64,000 nt of DNA. It comes from Octopus bimaculoides (Eukaryota). The notes beneath the pieces are model-generated. The model was not told where the DNA came from, made no database searches, and was given only the letters and a program-made list of their open reading frames with translations. The stretch spans positions 81,024,317 to 81,088,316 of the forward strand of contig NC_068985.1 in assembly GCF_001194135.2 (NCBI RefSeq), read 5' to 3'. The first letter of the stretch is position 1. The number at the start of each line of letters is the position of its first letter. A program made the translations under genes and the position numbers. Below are positions 27,840 to 40,257 of the stretch, in pieces.

Positions 27840-28830
27840 GATGGGCTTCTTTCAGTTTCCATCTTCAAAATCCATTCACAAGGCTTTAGTTGGCCTGGGG
27901 CTATAATAAAAGGCACTTGTCAAAGAGGCCACACAGTAGGACTGAACCCAGAACCATGTTGTTGGGAAGCAACCTTCTTACTGTACAGTCATGCCTACAC
28001 CTATAAATACAATTTTAATACCAGAGTTGTGACTTTAGGGCCTACCAGAGAACTGATGAAAACATCGCAGCTGTTTGGAAGGTCTTTTGAATCATCATGC
28101 ATGTGTTGTTCGAAGATGTGAACTTTACTTATGGTTCAGTTCAGTCTATTCTCACTTCAGATTTGGGTATGAGACATGTGTTTGCCAAGTCTTTGCCAAA
28201 ACTGCTTTCAGTTGGTCAAAAGGAAGCTGAGGATCTCCTTCATTGTGTTGAGGAAATTGAAAGTTGTTTGAAAACTGTCATAACAGGTACTGAATCATGG
28301 GTCTTTGGCTATGATACTGAAACTAAAGTCCAGTCTTCATAGTGGAAGACTCCAACCTCTCTGAGACCAAAGAAAGCATGAATGTAAAAACACTGTCGAC
28401 AGTTCTCTACGGTTACAAGGGCATTGTTCACCATGAGTATGCTCCCACTGGTCAGACAGTAAACAAGGAGTACAGCAATGCTGTCTTGCAGCATTTGCAA
28501 GATGCTGTTCATCAGAAAAGGACAGAATAGTATGGGTCTAGCGAGTGGCAACTCCACTATGACAACACACCTGCCCATTCAGCACAGCTTGTGCAGCAGT
28601 TTCTGGCCAAGCACAACATTTTCCAGGTCTGGCAACCACCATATTCCCCAGATCTTGTCCCTTTCAACTCTTTCCTTTCCCCAAAAATCAAACCCCACTT
28701 GAAAGATAAGAAATTTCAAGATGTTGAGCATATCCAAGAGAGGAGCTGCTTGCTATCCCCAAAAATGGGTTCTAGGAATGTTTCCATCAATGGAAACAAT
28801 GCTGGATAAAGTGTGTGGCTTCAAAAGAGG
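26195..28830 (+). mobile_element. Mariner (DD34D) transposase pseudogene, split by a SINE and a Tc1 element
   Basis: N-terminal part 26230-26370 (EQRICIK...EWFKRFQDG). C-terminal part 28040-28810 (VITGTESWVFGYD.ETK.QS, GIVHHEY, YDNTPAH, QPPYSPDL). Confidence 0.9.
26616..27801 (-). mobile_element. Tc1-like transposon with 29-bp TIRs
   Basis: TIRs CAGGGGTTTGACAAAATAATGGAAACACC and CAGGGGTTGGACAAAATAATGGAAACACC (1 mismatch). Transposase fragment 26892-27128 (GAISW.STGP...IFQDDNAPIHTA). Contains a gap at 27210-27569. Confidence 0.93.
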
Positions 28831-30042
28831 GACTGTTGGTTTCTGTTACAGTGCTGAACACCAGGCCATATCAGATATACTTTGAAGGTTTACCCATCCT
28901 AATGGAGGAGAAGGAACACACAGTTATATTGATGATTTTCATAGACACACAATATTAAATTGAAAACCTAGCAAAGATTAAGTGGAACAGGAATTTCCAG
29001 TGTGACATAACAAAATGCAAGTTAGTTGTGGCTACTCGAAGAGGTAGAATGAAAAAACAATTATTTCAAGTTTGTTTTTTCTCTAAAGGATGTTTATACA
29101 CATCTTTGGTTGTATTACCATTTCAAAATATTCTCGTTTAAAGGAATAAAAAAAAAGCCTAAAATTTCTTTGTATTTTCAATACTTGGCTTAATTTCTTT
29201 ATAATATTAAAAAAAAAATTATTTTACTTAATATATTATTTCTTCCTTTCCTGTTTTTCATCCTTTTGTTTTAATTCACACATAACTATTCTATTCTTAC
29301 AGTGCATAGCTGGTTCATATCTTCAGAGCATATTTAGCAATTGTTAGACAGAATGAAAACTAGTTAAGTTCTTACTTTAGGCATTTTAAATACAAATTTA
29401 AATTTCAGAAATCTTTTGCTTGTGTTAAAATAGGCAATAGAGTAGTTTCCTTTTTTTGTTTTTCCCAACTTTTGAAAGTGGTGGGGAACCTAAATACTCT
29501 TTAAAAAATTATTGTTGTATTAATCTGCAGACTTTTCAACTGACTCAGAGAGAAATCAACTAATCAGCTTGAGGCAGATAGCTGTACTAGCTAACAGATT
29601 TGACCTTTCCACTTCCACTAATTGCTGCTTCCTATTTCCAATTAACTGTGAATATGGCAGGGAACAATTTCTACTCTAAAGTAAAAAAAAAAAAAAAAAA
29701 AAAAAAGAAAATGAAAAAGAGGAGTTACTTATAATTGGGTTTTAGCTATCAGCAGTCTCTCTTTTTTGAGCAGAAATACCTTGCTGATGTTTTTTCCTAT
29801 TTACTTTGAAGAGGGTGTCCAATTTTACTTGAGGGTATATATTTTAAGTGTTTTATATTCAATATGAAGACTTTTATCATGGGTGTTCTTTGAATTACTA
29901 GTCAGAGAGCATACTGGCTATGGGATTGCTGGATTCAGTCACTCAAATCTCATTTTACACATCGTTTCTATTATCTTAGTAGCTTTCTGATAAACAGGTG
30001 CTGAATGTGATATTAAGTTTAGGATATGTAGCAGAAGACAAT

Positions 30043-30271
30043 GTGAACCATTTAACATTTATACTGACCATATGAAGCCCAGATACTTTATATGTTTTAG
30101 GTTCAAGCTTACCAGATCCAGCCTCTTGCACCTCCCTTACAATGTCAATCTAAAAATAAACAACCACATCATTGAAATCTTGAAGCTATGAGATAATGCA
30201 TGATTAATTCAAAACAATGTAAATAATTAAGCATTACACTTGGCAGAATAATCTTAATGCTAAAGGGTTAA
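30043..30271. mobile_element. piggyBac-like MITE (AAAGGG-TTAA end)
   Basis: Ends in ATGCTAAAGGGTTAA. Body is homologous to 39769-39986. Confidence 0.65.
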
Positions 30272-30564
30272 ATTTGGTATGAGGCATGTGATTTTTTTTG
30301 TTATTATTGTGAAGGTTAGTTTGGCTGTAAATTGATAGGATCATTCGAGCATTTTAGATTTGTAGTACTTGTTCCAGCATTTTATCTTCTGAGTTCAAAT
30401 CCTACCAAGGTTCACTTTGTCATTTGTCTTTCCATGATCAATAAAGTACCAGTCAAGTTTTAGGGCTGATAATGTCAACTAACCTATCTTCTCTCAAAAT
30501 TAATGGTCTTGTGCCTAAATTAGAAGCCATTATTATTATTATTATCATTATTACTATTATTATC

Positions 30565-30790
30565 AAGGTGGCGAGCTGGCTGAATCGTTGGCACTCTGGG
30601 CAAAATTTTTAGTGGTATTTCATCTGTCTTTGTGTTCTAAGTTCAAATTCAGCCAAGTTTGACTATGCCTTTCGTCCTTTCAGGGTCGATAAATTAAGTA
30701 CCATTGAAACACTGGGGGTCAACATAATCGAGTAGCCTCCTCTCTCAAATTTCAGGCCTTGTGCCTGCAGTAGAAAGGATTATTATTATT
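30565..30790 (+). mobile_element. SINE family B copy with (TTA)n tail
   Basis: AAGGTGGCGAGCTGG head, GAGTTC/AAGTTCAAAT B-box, core, AGTAGAAAGGATTATT tail. Similar + copies at 16123-16335, 34430-34650, 34660-34865, 54940-55150, 55290-55480. Confidence 0.85.
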
Positions 30791-30818
30791 ATTATTATTA
30801 TTATCATTATTATTATCC

Positions 30819-30856
<38 letters not shown>

Positions 30857-31853
30857 TTATTTTTTGTTTCTTCTCTGCCTTTCATGTTTTTGGGGGTCAA
30901 TAAAATAAGTATCATTTGAACATTGAAGTGGATGTAATCAACTAACTCCCTCCTTCGAAATTTGAAGTCTTGTTCCTATAATAGAAAGGATTATTTTGTT
31001 GGGTGATGGTTAAATAAGGTATGTGTTGTGTAACTTTTTGGGATGGTAATTGAATAGGGTTTGTGTTGTGTGATGAAAGAGAGAAAGAAAGAAAGAAAGA
31101 GTCTATTGTTTAACTGAAAGTGACTAGTGGAGGTTGTCAGCTGTGTCTAGCAAGGCTTTTTTGTTTTGTGGGTGGTGGGGCATGTATAGAGTTGTGACCC
31201 AGATATAATTTAAGAAAATTTTTGTTCATATATTCCACTTTCTATATCCTTGTACCTTCACAGTTTCTCCACTTCCTACCAGACCACAGTTCATTCCATT
31301 CCTTGAAAATCATATCTGAACAGTTTGCTTTGATTTCCTTTTTACTGTGGACCAGCTTCTTCCAGTTAATTGTGGCCTAGTCATTGCAATGTATTGTAAT
31401 TTGGTATATTTTATCTATTTTCACATCATAATGTCAGGATATTATTGTCCCATGGATACAGCTGCTGACTCAATGAAGTCCTTAAATATACTCGGAGTTG
31501 GTAAGGACTGGGCATTTGGAAACATCGTACCAATTATTTAATTTTGCTGATAATATAATTTACACAATCATATGAGATATTAGCCAAGGTTTTAGAGGAA
31601 GTGTTCTATCTTTTTCCTTTAGTATATTTTTGGATTCTGTTGTTTTCGTTTTGCATTTGGATTTTTAAGTTTTCCTGTTTTTTTTTTCTTTTGTTTATCA
31701 TTTATATTAGTGAAGTTATTTGTATTTCATTTACATATATATATATATATATANNNNNNNNNNNNNNNNNNNNNNNNNNNNNNNNNNNNNNNNNNNNNNN
31801 NNNNNNNNNNNNNNNNNNNNNNNNNNNNNNNNNNNNNNNNNNNNNNNNNNNNN

Positions 31854-31893
<40 letters not shown>

Positions 31894-31967
31894 TATACAC
31901 ACCTATATATATATATATATACAGATATACACACATATATATATACACACCTATATATATATACACA

Positions 31968-32008
<41 letters not shown>

Positions 32009-32080
32009 NNNNNNNNNNNNNNNNNNNNNNNNNNNNNNNNNNNNNNNNNNNNNNNNNNNNNNNNNNNNNNNNNNNNNNNN

Positions 32081-32111
<31 letters not shown>

Positions 32112-32216
32112 GAGAGAGAGAGTGAGAGAATTTTTTTACTTTGGCATATTTCTTCATTACACTTATTAATTTCCTTTTCCCTAATATTTTTCTATTCCAC
32201 TGTTGTTATTTTACAG

Positions 32217-32263
32217 TAGTTCTCTAATTGTATCAAGCCCTGTCTCCCCTGTGCAAGGGGCAG
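32217..32263 (+). CDS. Candidate small exon (SSLIVSSPVSPVQGA in phase 2 to 1)
   Basis: Long polypyrimidine tract with CTAAT branch-like motif, TTTTACAG acceptor (NAGNAG), CAG|GTAAAT donor. Confidence 0.3.
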
Positions 32264-33859
32264 GTAAATTCTATCTGTATCAGCTTTGCAGTGGTTGCTT
32301 TAGAAAACTTTTAGTAAGACACATATTTTGTTTAATGTAGATTTGTTTTTAACATTCACCCTCTAACTGTTTTATGATGCTGCTTTTTAAAGTGGTCTTC
32401 AGATATTTGTTTTGAACATCAAGATTCAGAGTCTGCAAAAGAGTTTTTTAATTAAAAAAAATTGATTAAAAAAGTTCTAATCAGAAATTGATTATGATTA
32501 GGGGTTTGGAGCTGGAACACATTTTTTTTTTTATATAAATAATATATTTCGTTTGCATTTGAAGTGTGTAAATATATTTTGTTTGCATTTGTAAATTACA
32601 TTTTCATCCTTAATAAATTGAAACAAAAGCATTTTAAAGTTTGAGAAAGTGAAACAACTAATGCTTTGAAAAGCAAACAAAATACATTTATATACTGAAA
32701 ATACAAATGAAAAATATTTATATACAAAAAAATAGTACTGCAGCTTTAAATCTTCCAGCCCTAATCAATTTCTGATTAATTTTCTTTTTATAAATTAAAA
32801 AGAAAATTAATAATAATAGCAACTTTTTTTCAGACAGAATCTCTTACATTTAAAACATAAACATTCATAAACCATTAAAAGAAAACACACAAGAAAGGTT
32901 CAATATAAAAACGTAAAAAGGAAATTAAGAAGCCTTAATTAATACTTTTTGTGTGTGTGTTTTTTCTGCTTAAGCTCTTTCATTTACTTAACTGCCAATT
33001 TGCTTTATTGAAGATATGGTTTACAACTGAGATTGTTACTGTATTTATAATTATTATCTTATTTCTAGCATTGAGTTGAAATTTTAAAATTATGTTGCTT
33101 CTCTTCATTTATTTCCTCCATTATATTTATGTTGTATCTGATGAAATTTATTGACTCCTAAATATTGTTATGGGTTGTTCTGGTCCTAATTTAATATTCT
33201 CAGGTTTAGTTAATCCATCTCTTATAATTTATTTTATCACACCAAAATACTGATATAAATGCCTGCTTGACATAGTTGTCAACAGGAAGTGAGGCCTTCA
33301 TGTATTGTCGGTGAGCAGGTTATGGACATAATTTTGCAGCACTTTGTTGGTTTTAAAGAAGTAATGTTTTCTTTTAGTCAGGTATTGGGGATAATTTAAC
33401 TGAAAAAGCTCTCACCAAAATTTCTCTCCTAGTGCTCATGGGGTGGGGGTCAATAAAATAAGTATCAATTGAACACTGGAGTTGATATAATCGACAAGTA
33501 CCAGTTAAGCACTGGGGTTGATGTAATCAACTTACACCCTCCCCTGAAATTGCTGGCCTTGTGTCAAAATACTAAACCATTATTATTAGAGTGATGAATT
33601 GGCAGAATCACTACAACATCTATTTACTTTGACTCTTTATATTCTGAGTTCAAGTCCTGTTAAAATCAATTTTGCCATTCAGGGTCCATAAAATAAAGTA
33701 CTAGTCAAGTCCTGGGATTGATGATATTGACTACCCTTCTCTTCAAAATTACTGGCCTTGTACCCAATATTAAAAAGGATTATTATTATTATTATTATTA
33801 TCATTATTATTGTTGTCATCATCATCATCATTATTATTATTATTATTATTATCATCATT

Positions 33860-34405
33860 ATTATTCAGTAGTCTTATTTTTATCATGTGCTTTCACTGCA
33901 CTACCGAACATAGCACTGTGTGCTTTGGGTATGTACTGTGGTTTGTTGTGGTGCTCTTATTTTCTCTGTATTGAAAGTGTTTTACATAGGATGTGTACAG
34001 TGCCTAATAGTACTGTTTTCTATATGCTATATATACTTGTATGTCCTGAAGTTTTTGTTATGCATTTCTCTGAATGTTTTTTTATCATATGCCTACTATA
34101 ATAGGATCAGTTCTTGTTTTTATGCTCCTTATTCGAGTTACCCCTATTTCCAAATTTTTGTATTTTGAAAGTTTCTCCATTTCTTTTAGACAAATGCTGC
34201 CAGCTTTTGGTATTGATACACCAATTAGAAAGCACTTTTTTTCCCTGGTGACCTCTGACAACTATATCCGGCTTATTAGCCTTGATTTCCCTATCTGTGT
34301 TTCGGCATATCCCAGAATATGGTTGTTTTCTCATTTTCTGTGACCTTTTCTGGAGTGTGCTCATACCATCTGTTTTCTGTTGATAGTCCATAGTGTTGGC
34401 ATAGC
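33860..34405 (-). mobile_element. R4/Dong-like non-LTR retroelement 3' fragment (REL endonuclease)
   Basis: Minus strand encodes DREIKANKPDIVV...KYKNLEI...KTETDPIIVG. Flanked by (TTA)n on both sides. Confidence 0.88.
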
Positions 34406-35998
34406 TTTATTATTATTATTATTATTATTATAAATGTGACAAGTTGGCAGAATCATTAGCAAGCCAGGCAAAACACTTAGCAGCATTTTGTCCATCTTTA
34501 TGTTCTGAGATCAAATTCTGCCAAGGTCAACTTTGCCTTTCATCCTTTTGGGGTTAATAAATTAAGTACCAGTGAACGACTGGGGTCGATGTAATCAACT
34601 AGTCCCCTCCCCCAAATTTCAGGCCTTGTTCCTTTAGTAGAAATGATTATTATTATTATTAAGGTGGCAAGCTGGCAGAATCATTAGCGCACTGGGCAAA
34701 ATGCTTAGTGGCATCTTGTCCATCCTTATGTTATGAGTTCAAATTCTGCCAAGGCCAATGTTGCCGTTCATCCTTTTGGGGGTCAATAAAATAAATATCT
34801 GTTGAATACTGGGGTCATTGTAATTGACTTATCTCCAAATTGTTGGCCTTGTGCCAAAATTTGAAGTTATCATTATTATTACTATTATTATTATTTATTA
34901 GTAATAGCAGTAGTAATAGTATCTCCCCTTGATTGATGTTAACCCAACATGTTTTTGTTTTTTTGTAATGTTTTTTCGTGCTGTAACTCATCCTTCGATA
35001 TTGTCTTCCATGTCTTGGGCTCTTGTGGCCAATAAAAGAAATTATTATTATCATTATTATTATTATTATTATTATTATTGTTAAGGGAAGTTGAGTGATA
35101 GAACTGGTAATTTTGTCTTTTAATATTCTGATTTCAAGTTGTCTTAGCCATTATTTATTTCAATGTCAATAAAATAATATACTGCAGTTAAATAAGTATG
35201 TTCAATTAGAACTCTTGTGACAATATGATGATATTGTATTTGCATTCTTACTTGGCTTACTAAGCTATATTTAAAAATCTTGAATGCTGTGAGCATAAAT
35301 AAACTGGAATTTTTGTTTTTGTTTAGCCCCAGATTATTCTTGAGGAAGCAGATCTATAATCATAGTGATCTAGCCATAATATCTTTTGTAAAAAAATATA
35401 TCTACTTTGTCCAGAATGCCCTCCAATTTTGAGAAGGTAAGGTTTGATTTAGGGGATTTTTCTATCAAGGTGATCAACTGCAGAGAGACCCTCTGATTAG
35501 CTTGAGTAGAATTTTTTTCTTTAGGATAGGAGGTTCTTAAACCAGTTTAAATATGTGTGAATGAGTGTTCTACTGCTTATATCAGTCAGGGTTGACCATG
35601 TTATCTGTATATGCTTTAGCAGGTCTGGGCAAAGGTTTTATGGAAAACTTCAAGTTTCTCAGGCATCATTCGACTCCTGTCTCCACTCTCCATGCCAACC
35701 AAAGTTGTTCTAGGGAAGGCCACTATCTTAGGACCTGTACAACCTGGTGTCAGTGTTATCACTGAGTTACTTTCAGATTGCCAAGTACCAGAAGTAACAT
35801 GAGGCATTGTCCCATCCAACATTTTAATAGTAGTATCGGTCTATTGTCCTGGAGTGATATTTTTTTTATCAGCCCGGAAAAGATAAAAGGCAAAGCTGAC
35901 ATTGGTGGGATTTAAATTCATAATACAGAGAATTAGAACAAATAGTCTGCTTCATATTCTATCCAATGTTCTAACGACTTTGCCAAATTGCTGCCCTA

Positions 35999-36207
35999 TA
36001 TGAGGGGGTGCTGGAAAGTTCCTGGCTTGAAGGGTATTGCGAAGATCCGGCTGGAGACCCAACCTTCTGAATTATTTTATAGGCCTTAGAAAAACTGAAG
36101 GACTGCTGCAATAAGTGTGTGACTCTGAGAGGGGAATATGTTAGATAAAATCATAATTAACTGATCCTGTATTTTCTTTTACTCAAAACCAGGAACTTTT
36201 CAGCATA
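35999..36207 (+). mobile_element. Mariner-derived MITE (about 210 bp)
   Basis: TIR-like GCTGGAAAGTTCCTGG / CCAGGAACTTTTCAGC. The body encodes a mariner C-terminus-like peptide C.KCVTLRGEYVR*. Confidence 0.8.
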
Positions 36208-37199
36208 TGTAAGCCATGTGAATAGTAACATATATGTATATATAGGTATATGTGTGCAATATCTATTGACTCTATTCATAGTTGTCCTCATCCACTATTT
36301 GACTGGCACTTCATTTTAATAAATTCGACAAAAAAATTATAGGCAAAGTTAATCTTGACAGGATTTGAACTCAGAAATAAAATGCCTGAAAAATTACTAC
36401 AAAGTATTTTATTTGAGATCTTTATGACATTTATCTTTAAAAAAGCTTTTATAATAATAAAAGTGTTATACTAATAACAGTAAGGGTGTTGTGGTCATCT
36501 ATTGAAATATTATTTTGGTGAGTCAAATGTTTTGCTTAACTTCATTCAACAATACTGCCACACCATCTTTTATCATAACCATTCTGTACCATTTCAAATT
36601 ATTGAAAATAAAAAAAAAAAACCTCTGAAAATTTCCTAACTGGTGGTATCCCACTTTTTTGTTTCATCTGTTGATATATCTAATCTTTTTTTGGCTTGAA
36701 CNNNNNNNNNNAATCAATCAGTAAGTAGAAGCACTCTGGTTCAGCTGATGAATGCTCCACATATTCAACATGTTTGCTGATTATACACATATGAATATTT
36801 TAAAGCCATTCTCTTAATTTGCTTAACGGAAATACTAAATAAATAAAAGTTACCTTCTTTTGGGAAAATAAAAGTGCTAGTAGTTGTATTCTTGCAATTT
36901 AATGATTTTGTTGCAGTGTCTCATGGGAGTTTATGATTACCATTGGGCAAAGTTGTCTGAGAAAAAAAGCACCCATAAATATTCACTGCAAATTTGGTTG
37001 CTTACAGAATTTGTTTCGGAAAACATGAGTTAAGTTATTTAAGCCTTCATTTTAGTTAAAATTTTTTTTTGTTTAACAGAAGTGTCTTATATCGCAAAAC
37101 TTATTTTCGCTGTATCTCCTTTATACTATGAGTGTGCTCATACACATGAAGCTTGTGAGTAGGTTTGCAGTATTTTAATTTTCACCACATTTAAATAAG

Positions 37200-37930
37200 A
37201 ACTCTTTTTAATTTAGGCACAAGACCAGCAATTTTGACGGGAGGGGATTCATCAATACTATCACCTCCAGCACTTGACTTGCACTTTATTTCATCAGTCC
37301 CAGAACAATAAAAGGCAAAGTTAACTTTGGCAAAGTTTGTACTCAGAAAAAAAGAGCTGGAACAAATGCTGCAAAGTACTTTTTCTGAAGCTCTAACAAT
37401 TCTGACAGCTTGTTACCTTTCAAAATAATGGTTTCAAATTTTGGTACAAGGCCAGCAATATCAGGGGGTGGGGAGTATGTCGACCCAGTGTTCAACTGGT
37501 ACTTATTTTATTGACCCCGAAAGGATGAAAGGCAAAGTTGGCATCAGCAAAATTTGAACTCTGGACTTAAAGATGGATGGAATAGCACTAAGCATTTTTC
37601 CTGGCATGCTAATGATTCTACCAGTTCACTGCCTTAATGCTGCCTTTCAGAATAATAGTAATGGTTTCTAATATAGGCACAAGATCAAAAACATGTTAAA
37701 GGGAAAATTAGTAAATTGAATCAACCTTGGTACTTGAATGGTACTCTCTTCATTGACACTGAAAGGATGACTAGTAATCATTTCTAACTTAGGTACAATG
37801 CAAAAAATTTTGAGAGGTGGGCATAACCCCAGTACTTAAATGATATTTCATTCCAATGACTCTGAAAAAAATGTTAGGCAAAGCTGACCTCAACAGGATT
37901 TGAACTCAAATTATAGATTGCCACAAAATT
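37200..37930 (-). mobile_element. Cluster of about 3-4 tandem family B SINE copies
   Basis: Repeated AGGCACAAG/GGTACAAGG...AAAGGCAAAG...TTTGAACTC modules in the same orientation. Confidence 0.75.
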
Positions 37931-39768
37931 TACTGCAAGGCATTTATGAGGCCTTTATGATTCTGCCGTGTAATACATTTCAATGTTAGTAATAATGAAA
38001 TTGCTAGAAACTCTCCCCAAATGTACTGCATCAAATGAACCTGGAATTTCTTATGTAGAGAAGACAGTTATGTTTTAATAAATGCAATTTAAGATTAAAT
38101 AGTCCTAATTTATTTAGAAACAATGTTATTTCAATTGATTACTATTAAAACTCAGGGAAAGTGAATTATTTTATTTATTGTAGTGGAATCATTTAAGCTG
38201 TAAAAGTGTTTCGGCTTCATTAGAGCGAATTTCATGTGCTTTTCTAGAATGAGTCTTAATTGCTACATTTTAATTATGTCTACCTTACATAACCTTTATT
38301 TAAACATGATTTTAACCTGTTAATGACCATTATACGTTTCCAGAAGACAAAATATTGTCAAATTTTTTTAGAGATATTTAAACTTGCTTCTGTTATAGAC
38401 TAGAATACGAAGGAATATTTTTGTTGTCATCCATGTGGTACATACATTGCACTGTAGCTTGATAGAATTCATAAGTTAAATATGTAGTGTAAAATAAATG
38501 ACTCAGTTTAAATAGATAATGAATGAAGAGATATAGGTAAGTACACTCAGCTGATCCCAGTGGATTTCCAGTTGTGCATTTTTGCAGGTAGCAATAGTGT
38601 TTAGAAACCTTCACTGATATTATAAATTAACTCTCAATTAACACCACATGTGGTACCTTTTTGAATTTATCTTTGTTTCAGTCATGCTTTTTGTTTGTAT
38701 TCACCGCCAGATGTCATAGTGGCATGTCGTTTTGATTTTGATCGTATGTTGTGTTCTTATTGACATCTCTGTATACTCTGATTGGAGATCCTTGATGTTA
38801 TTCTTCTTATGGTTTTTCAGCATTCATCATCTTACACATCTGTTTTGTATGAATTCTGCTTGAAAAGTGTAATATTACACCTGAATGATATTTGGAAATT
38901 ATATTCCATGCATATTATTTGTATCGTCCTTAGGCAGACCCTTGCTCTCAGATAGAATGACAGCATATTTATGCTTTGTTTCCCCTTTATGCTTATGATA
39001 AGAATAGAACACAAGTAAAAGGAATACAAAATATAAGCATTAGTCATTGAGGGGGCTTAAAATATTCTAACAATATATAGCTTTTAATCAAGGAATTATT
39101 TTCTTTTAATCTATTCTTTTATTGGGCAAATTCGATGAATAACTAGATAATAATTTTAATTGAAGATTGATAGTTCACATATTTATCAGATATTCTCTTA
39201 ACTTATCAATAGTTTATTGATAAGTTTTAATGGTTTTTATATGCTAGAGCCTTATTTGGCAAAAATATATTACTATATATGTTGACAAAGAACTACTGTT
39301 GCAACTAAACAATATCATTGAATAGAAACAGGATTGTATGGAAGCCTAATGAAAAAACCCATCTAATTGTTGTCACTAAGTGAATGTATTTATGTTTGTG
39401 CATTGTTCATTGTTCTATTGTTTTGCTGTGGGAATAATTTGTTTATTTGTTGAAAGAATTATCTGATTTTTCACATATTTCTTTTGAAATTTTTCTTTGC
39501 CAAAGATTTGTCATTGTGATAATACAGGAGCTTCAGCTTCTGCTTAGATGCTATTTGCATTATATTTTATTTACATAGTTGAATATGATCATAATTACTG
39601 ATAGAATAAGTTGTTAGTTTCCCAACTTAGCAGTTATAAGTTAGCATTCCATCTTTGAGAGTATAAATAATGAAACCCATAAAGTAAGAAACGACCATTT
39701 AAGAGGTTAGCAGATCATAAACTGTTACTGATATTGCACTCCATTTATGGCTAAGACTGTAATTTTGA

Positions 39769-39986
39769 TTAAACCTTTAGCATTTAAACTGGCAATATCT
39801 GGCCAAATTATTCTACCTATTGTAGCTTGATACGAGCTGGATCCAGCCTCTCACACCTATCCTACAAGGCCCCCCCCCCAAATTAAACTGTCACAGTGTC
39901 ACATGAAATAATGCATGATTAATTCAAAACAATGTGAATAAACAAGAATTACATTCAATAATGCAATTTGAATACTAAAGGGTTAA
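39769..39986. mobile_element. piggyBac-like MITE with TTAA flanks
   Basis: TTAA-ACCTTTAGCATT at the left end and AATACTAAAGGG-TTAA at the right end: inverted termini with TTAA duplication. Confidence 0.75.
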
Positions 39987-40257
39987 TGTTTCATTAGGTA
40001 GCAAAGCTTTTTTTAGTTTTACTTGCATGTATAGATTGAAATTAGATATAGTCACCTTCAAATTAACTTACTCTAGATCAGGGGTGGCCAAACCACGGTT
40101 TGCAAGCCACATATGGCTCTTTGACCTTTACTATGTGACTTNNNNNNNNNNTACTAAAGGGTTAATGTTTCATTAGGTAGCAAAGCTTTTTTTAGTTTTA
40201 CTTGCATGTATAGATTGAAATTAGATATAGTCACCTTCAAATTAACTTACTCTAGAT

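Noticed and set aside
35600-35840. GC-richer segment open on both strands
   Set aside because: No assignable domain or convincing splice sites. Probably an old TE fragment.
36917-37033. Frame CLMGVYDYHW...LQIWLLTEFV resembling a kinase hinge region
   Set aside because: Weak donor, and no other kinase subdomains anywhere in the window.
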